A DNA stretch of 64,000 bases from an uncultured virus (IMG/VR IMGVR_UViG_3300022555_000029) (Duplodnaviria > Heunggongvirae > Uroviricota > Caudoviricetes). Position numbers and translations under genes: made by a program. Position 1 is the stretch's first letter. Each line of letters opens with the position of its first letter. This document shows, piece by piece, positions 59,359 through 64,000 of this stretch. The notes below the pieces were generated by a model. The model did no database searches. It was not told the origin of the DNA and was given only the letters and a program-made list of their open reading frames with translations. The DNA lies in IMG/VR virus record IMGVR_UViG_3300022555_000029; one strand, given 5' to 3'.

Positions 59359-59907
59359 ATGCCAACAGGAGTTTACAGAAGAACAAATCCAGCTTGGAAC
59401 AAGGGGTTAACAAAAGAAACAAGTTCTATTGTTGCTTCTATGGCTATTTCTCAGTCAGAAAGTAAGAAGATTAATTGGAGAGACCCTTCTTATCGTGGTA
59501 AAGTTGCTACTCAAGAGAGACGTGATGCTATTTCTGATGCGATTTTAGAGAAACATAAGGATTTAGAATTTTCAGCTAGGTGGCATAAAGGGATTATTGA
59601 TAAAGCAAAAGTGTATAATGGCAGTAAGCATCATTGCTGGCAAGGTGGTAAGTCTTATGAAATTTATCCTCTTGGATGGAATAAGACCTACAAAGAGCAA
59701 ATCCGTAGGCGTGATGAGTATAAGTGTCAAGTATGCGGTAAACCAGAAGTAGAGAATGGTAGGAAATTACACGTCCATCACGTTGATTATGATAAATGTA
59801 ATTTAGACCCTAGTAATTTAATGTCTTGTTGCACAAGTTGTCACGCTAAGACTAATTTTAATAAAGAGAAATGGATAGAATTTTTTAAAGAGAAAGTGAG
59901 GGTTTAA
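59359..59907 (+). CDS. Free-standing HNH homing endonuclease
   Basis: AWNKGLTKET; RDEYKCQVCG...VHHVDYDK.N...CH; C-terminal domain paralogous to 8379-9062. Confidence 0.88.
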   Translation: MPTGVYRRTNPAWNKGLTKETSSIVASMAISQSESKKINWRDPSYRGKVATQERRDAISDAILEKHKDLEFSARWHKGIIDKAKVYNGSKHHCWQGGKSYEIYPLGWNKTYKEQIRRRDEYKCQVCGKPEVENGRKLHVHHVDYDKCNLDPSNLMSCCTSCHAKTNFNKEKWIEFFKEKVRV

Positions 59908-59908
59908 T

Positions 59909-60145
59909 ATGCGTGGGAAGTGTAATTGGTTCAATACCAAAAGAGGGTATGGATTCATAACTCCAGATGATAAGACAGCAGATGTCTTCATCCATTATTC
60001 GGGTATAGAGAAGGGTTTATTAGATAAGCTCAATAAAAAGTTTCTTAAGACTGGTCAAGTAGTAGAATTTGACTTATCAGAAAATGAAAAGGGCAGAACA
60101 GCCATAAATGTTCAGATTACTGAGGACATTGTAATAGCAAAGTAG
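59909..60145 (+). CDS. Cold-shock domain protein
   Basis: G.CNWFN..RGYGFI...DVFIHYS...GQVVEF...KG..A.NV. Confidence 0.92.
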   Translation: MRGKCNWFNTKRGYGFITPDDKTADVFIHYSGIEKGLLDKLNKKFLKTGQVVEFDLSENEKGRTAINVQITEDIVIAK

Positions 60146-60153
60146 GGGGAACT

Positions 60154-60609
60154 ATGCCAGACCAATTATTTACAGATTTATCAATTCCAAGAGACGCTAA
60201 CGGTAGACCAGCTGCTGTATTGTTTGGCTATAACCCAACAACAGATGTATTTTATCCTTTAGCAGTTGAGGATATGGGTGATGGAACGTATAAGCTTAAA
60301 GTAGATGCAGTATTCTCTGGTTCTATTACTGTAGGCAATGTTAAGATACAGAGTGGCTCTGGTGCTGAGTTAGCTGATGTATCTACAGATAAAAAGATTT
60401 TAGCTAAAGCTGATGATGACCCAATGTATAAGAAAAACATTACTACTGCCTATACTTATGTAGCAGCTGGTAATGGGGCGGGTAAAATTGAAACAATGAA
60501 GGAGTATCCTTCAGGTTCTGCAGGTGGTGCAGCAGCTAAGTTAACTACCTTTACTTATAATAGTGATGACAAGGTAGCGAGTATGGCAGTAACTGATACA
60601 ACTGTTTAA
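60154..60609 (+). CDS. Putative virion structural protein
   Basis: PRDANGRP; beta-rich C-terminus (YTY...LTTFTYNSDDKV). Confidence 0.5.
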   Translation: MPDQLFTDLSIPRDANGRPAAVLFGYNPTTDVFYPLAVEDMGDGTYKLKVDAVFSGSITVGNVKIQSGSGAELADVSTDKKILAKADDDPMYKKNITTAYTYVAAGNGAGKIETMKEYPSGSAGGAAAKLTTFTYNSDDKVASMAVTDTTV

Positions 60610-60816
60610 GGAGAATTAGATGAGCCAAAAGAAAAATGAAATTGACATTATGGAGTTACAGGCTCTCAATCCACAGGATACTCAAATCCTTACTACGGTT
60701 GCAGGCACAACTCCGAACAAGGTTACTACGCTTAAAGTTAGAGATAAAGACGGTGATGAAGTTATATTAATGACAAAGCAGGAATAAAGATAAAGATATA
60801 GAGAAAGGAGTAGTAA

Positions 60817-61548
60817 ATGAAGTTGCATTCGATAGAGTTAGCAAATGGGTGTAATCTAAAATGTGATTACTGCCCAAACAAAAGTAAGGTTAGATATCCA
60901 AAAGGGATATTGAAACTTGAACATTTTCTAAAAGCTATGGAAGTAGTAGAAAAAGACAGCATCAATAATTGTATAGGATTATCAGTATGTGGAGAACCAT
61001 TACTGCATCCGCAAGCTTGTGAATATACTAAGATAGCTAGAAAGTATGTTCGTAAAGTGGAGATGCATACGAATGGAACGTTACTTACTGCTGACTTATT
61101 CAAAAAGTTAATTGATAGTGGTCTTACGAAGTTGGAAGTAAGTATCCATACTGAAAAAAGTTATGGTGGATTCAAAAGAGCTTATGACATTAATGAAGGA
61201 ATGGGTAAACCGATGGAGGTCCTAGGGCAAGTGCTATCTTGTAATGAGCATAAAGTACTAGGATGGGCTTCTAAGGATAAACATTATCCATTGCTTGTAC
61301 ATGCAACTCATAATTGGAATTGGGACAAGCCACATAAATCTATTAGTTGTAGATTTATAAATGAGCGGATGGCTTGTATGAAATGGGATGGAAAGATAGT
61401 GGCGTGCTGTTTTGATTTTAACGGTGACGCTGTGATAGGGCATATAGATAACTTTGCAAAGATAGAACACGAGACAGAATACAGACTTTGCCGTACTTGC
61501 TCGCCAAGTTGGGCAACTTACCAGAACGATTCGTGGAGGTGGAGATGA
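60817..61548 (+). CDS. Radical SAM protein with SPASM/twitch-like domain
   Basis: CNLKCDYCP, GEPLLHP, TNGTLL, WDG.I.ACC.D...IG...C..C. Confidence 0.9.
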   Translation: MKLHSIELANGCNLKCDYCPNKSKVRYPKGILKLEHFLKAMEVVEKDSINNCIGLSVCGEPLLHPQACEYTKIARKYVRKVEMHTNGTLLTADLFKKLIDSGLTKLEVSIHTEKSYGGFKRAYDINEGMGKPMEVLGQVLSCNEHKVLGWASKDKHYPLLVHATHNWNWDKPHKSISCRFINERMACMKWDGKIVACCFDFNGDAVIGHIDNFAKIEHETEYRLCRTCSPSWATYQNDSWRWR

Positions 61549-63770
61549 GATATTCAATCGTAATACCAACCTGTAATGATGTAAATGTTATCAAGCCCTT
61601 GATAGATAGCATAATGAAGTACACTGATTTGAAAGATGTTGAAGTGATTATAGCTGCTAATGGCAGTCCAAAATCTTTAATCAAGTATGTTAGAGGTTTG
61701 GGTGAACCATTTAAGTTACTTTTTGAAAAGAATAAAATAGGCGTAGCTTCAGCTTTTACTATGGGTTGTAAAGAAGCCAAAGGTGAGTTTGTTATTTTAA
61801 TGAATGACGATTCAGTTTTGCTTGAGCAACAGACTAATCAATGGCTTAATCTTTTGTTAACGCCAATGATTGCAGATGAGAAGGTAGGTATAACTGGAAA
61901 GCTTCATAAAGATTGGAGTTCTAATCAGGAGTTTATAATCTCTTTTTGCACAGCAATCAGACATAAAGTGTTTGAAGAGATAGGATACTTTGACCCTATA
62001 TTCAATCCTTACTTTGGTGAGGATGTTGATTTATGTATTAGAGCTAAGGTAGCAGGTTGGAAGATAGCAAATGTAGCTAATATGCCACTCTATCATAAAT
62101 CGCATACTGAAGGAAATCCCACACCAAAGAATGCTCAAGTTATCTCACAGAAGAGTAACATACTCAGGGAGAGATATAATGAAAGTTCTTTTGGAAATTG
62201 TCAATCTATTTGGGACGTATCCAAAGCTATCAATCATTATAATAGTGATGAGTTGGCTGATGCTCTTTTGGGTTATATTCCGAAAGAGGATTTAGTCATT
62301 GACTTAGGATGCGGTAATGGCTATTACTGTAATTTCTTGGAAAAGAAGGGCTATACAGTAATAGCTGTAGAAGGCACTAAAGATATGAATAAGGTGTCTA
62401 TTTACCACCCAATATTCAGGTGGAACCTTTCAAAAGATTTAGTGCTACCTAATCTGCCAGAGAATACTACTGTTATGTCCTTAGAGGTAGCGGAACATAT
62501 TGACCCAGCATTTGAAAATGTGTTTATGAATAATATTACAAAACATGCGACAAGAGTGATAATGTCTTGGGCAGTTCCAGGTCAAGGTGGTGATGGGCAT
62601 ATCAATGAAAGACCCAATCACTATGTAATAAATAGGATGAAGGAACGAGGGTTTTTACTTGATAAAAAAGCTACTGACGATTTCAGAACAGCTGTTGTAA
62701 ATAGTAAACTCTGGTGGTTTAAGAATACTTTAATGGTTTTTGAAAAGGTGAGTGTAACGGTAGTAATCCCCACAAGAAATAGATACTTCACCACACTACC
62801 ACAATGCATATTATCAGTTGCTAATCAAACTTTCAAACCAGAAAAAATTCTGATTTATGATGATGGTGAACAAAAAGACTTGAGGCAAGAGCCGATGTAT
62901 AAGAACATCTTTTCTCTACTCGCTGCTAAAGAAATTCAATGGGCAGTAAATTTTGGAGTAAGAAAAGGTCAAGCTTACAGCCATCAGAAATCGATTGAAG
63001 ATGCAAAGACAACTTGGATATGGAGAATTGATGATGATAATATTGCTGAAGCACATGCTTTAGAGAGAATGGTAAGCAATATTGATTCTGATGTAGGTGC
63101 TATAGGTGGATTAGTTATAGACCCTAAATCAAATGGGTGGAGACCTACTTTAGCTTCTAATAAAATAGAAGACATTTATCTTGGGCAGAATATTCAATGG
63201 TATCGTCAAGATAAGCATGTTGAGGAAGTAGACCATTTGTATAGTACATTTATATTTAGGAAGGCAGCTGCAAAAGAAGGCTATGATTTACGAGCCCCTA
63301 TCCACAGAGAAGAAACAATCTTCACTTATCGTATTAAGAGGCAGGGTTGGCGTGTATTAGTAGACACTTCTGCTTTGACTTGGCACTTTAATGAGCAGAC
63401 TGGTGGTATTAGAGATGATAAGAGAGAAAAGATAATGGAATGTGAAAGAGTCTTCTCTGAGAATATGAAAGAGTGGGGAGTTACTGCCAGCCAGTATAAG
63501 TTCATAGTTCTGGATAATGGTTTAGGTGACCACCTAGTCTTCAAAAAGATACTACCAGAGATTAAAGCTAGGAATAAAGGTAAGAAGATAATTATAGCTG
63601 CTTGCTATAATGAAGTCTTTGAAGATGATAGAGATGTAAAGCTTATAAGTATAGGAGAAGCAAAAGGATTGTTCGGAAAGAACTACGATACCTTCAATAC
63701 GTATAAGTGGATGTGGGACCACAATTGGAATAAACCATTAGAAGAAGCTTTTGCTGAACAATATAGATAA
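61545..63770 (+). CDS. Multidomain GT2 / SAM-methyltransferase / GT2 / GT9-N-like protein
   Basis: SIVIPT..., MNDD, EDVDLC.R; DLGCGNG, SLEVAEH; VVIPTRNR, IDDD; C-term GLGDHL. Confidence 0.88.
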   Translation: MRYSIVIPTCNDVNVIKPLIDSIMKYTDLKDVEVIIAANGSPKSLIKYVRGLGEPFKLLFEKNKIGVASAFTMGCKEAKGEFVILMNDDSVLLEQQTNQWLNLLLTPMIADEKVGITGKLHKDWSSNQEFIISFCTAIRHKVFEEIGYFDPIFNPYFGEDVDLCIRAKVAGWKIANVANMPLYHKSHTEGNPTPKNAQVISQKSNILRERYNESSFGNCQSIWDVSKAINHYNSDELADALLGYIPKEDLVIDLGCGNGYYCNFLEKKGYTVIAVEGTKDMNKVSIYHPIFRWNLSKDLVLPNLPENTTVMSLEVAEHIDPAFENVFMNNITKHATRVIMSWAVPGQGGDGHINERPNHYVINRMKERGFLLDKKATDDFRTAVVNSKLWWFKNTLMVFEKVSVTVVIPTRNRYFTTLPQCILSVANQTFKPEKILIYDDGEQKDLRQEPMYKNIFSLLAAKEIQWAVNFGVRKGQAYSHQKSIEDAKTTWIWRIDDDNIAEAHALERMVSNIDSDVGAIGGLVIDPKSNGWRPTLASNKIEDIYLGQNIQWYRQDKHVEEVDHLYSTFIFRKAAAKEGYDLRAPIHREETIFTYRIKRQGWRVLVDTSALTWHFNEQTGGIRDDKREKIMECERVFSENMKEWGVTASQYKFIVLDNGLGDHLVFKKILPEIKARNKGKKIIIAACYNEVFEDDRDVKLISIGEAKGLFGKNYDTFNTYKWMWDHNWNKPLEEAFAEQYR

Positions 63771-63785
63771 AGAGGAGAGATAAAG

Positions 63786-64000
63786 ATGAAGACAATTATA
63801 GTTAGCCCGTTCTCAAGAAAAATGCGTAGTGGTGTAACAAATAATCCTAAAGATTATCCAAAGTGGGTAGAGGTAATCAAAGGATTAAAGGAAGAAGGAT
63901 ATAAGGTAATTCAAGTAGGTGTAGTTGGGGAAGAATTACTAGGAGCAGATGAAGTAAGGTTTAATCTGCCACTAAAAGATTTATCCCAATTGATTAAAGA
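63786..64000 (+). CDS. GT9-like (heptosyltransferase C-terminal half) protein, truncated by window end
   Basis: IIVSP......K.YP.W..VI..L...GY.VIQVG. Confidence 0.6.
   Translation, partial: MKTIIVSPFSRKMRSGVTNNPKDYPKWVEVIKGLKEEGYKVIQVGVVGEELLGADEVRFNLPLKDLSQLIK

Noticed and set aside
1197..63544. Numerous minus-strand ORFs in the track (e.g. 7398-7880, 56648-57397)
   Set aside because: All lie antisense to well-supported + strand genes, have shadow-like composition and show no motifs
1..64000. Stop-codon reassignment
   Set aside because: Core genes are full length under the standard code, and TAA, TAG and TGA all end genes at coupled junctions

Overview
A 64-kb stretch of an AT-rich tailed-phage (Caudoviricetes-like) genome. 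Essentially every real gene is on the + strand and reads with the standard code. No integrase, CRISPR array or rRNA is visible. Order of modules: (1) small early genes, including DUF932 (1-5 kb). (2) A hybrid replication/recombination module: DnaC-like loader, DnaB-type helicase, primase, SF2 helicase, T4-like clamp and clamp loader, UDG-PolA fusion, UvsY/SSB/RecA, single-chain Mre11-Rad50 and RuvC-like resolvase. It is associated with four copies of a ~40-45-bp promoter motif. (3) Embedded in that module, a 7-deazaguanine DNA-modification cluster (queD, queE, PRTase-folE, HNH-queC, queF, dpdA-like) with an extra Cys-rich protein and a GNAT acyltransferase. (4) Accessory small genes and tRNA-Thr(UGU). 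(5) The head module: terminases, a family of proteins built around a repeated K-GGPGSG motif, portal, polyvalent MuF, prohead protease with a nested scaffold start, and a major capsid gene split by a group I intron carrying an HNH gene. (6) The start of a radical SAM/glycosyltransferase cluster. The best candidates for undescribed biology are the KGGPGSG-linked putative capsid-cargo polyprotein system, a possible acylated preQ1 DNA modification, and a promoter-flanked structured non-coding RNA/origin at ~5.1-5.3 kb. All calls come from reading motifs by eye; no database searches were run.
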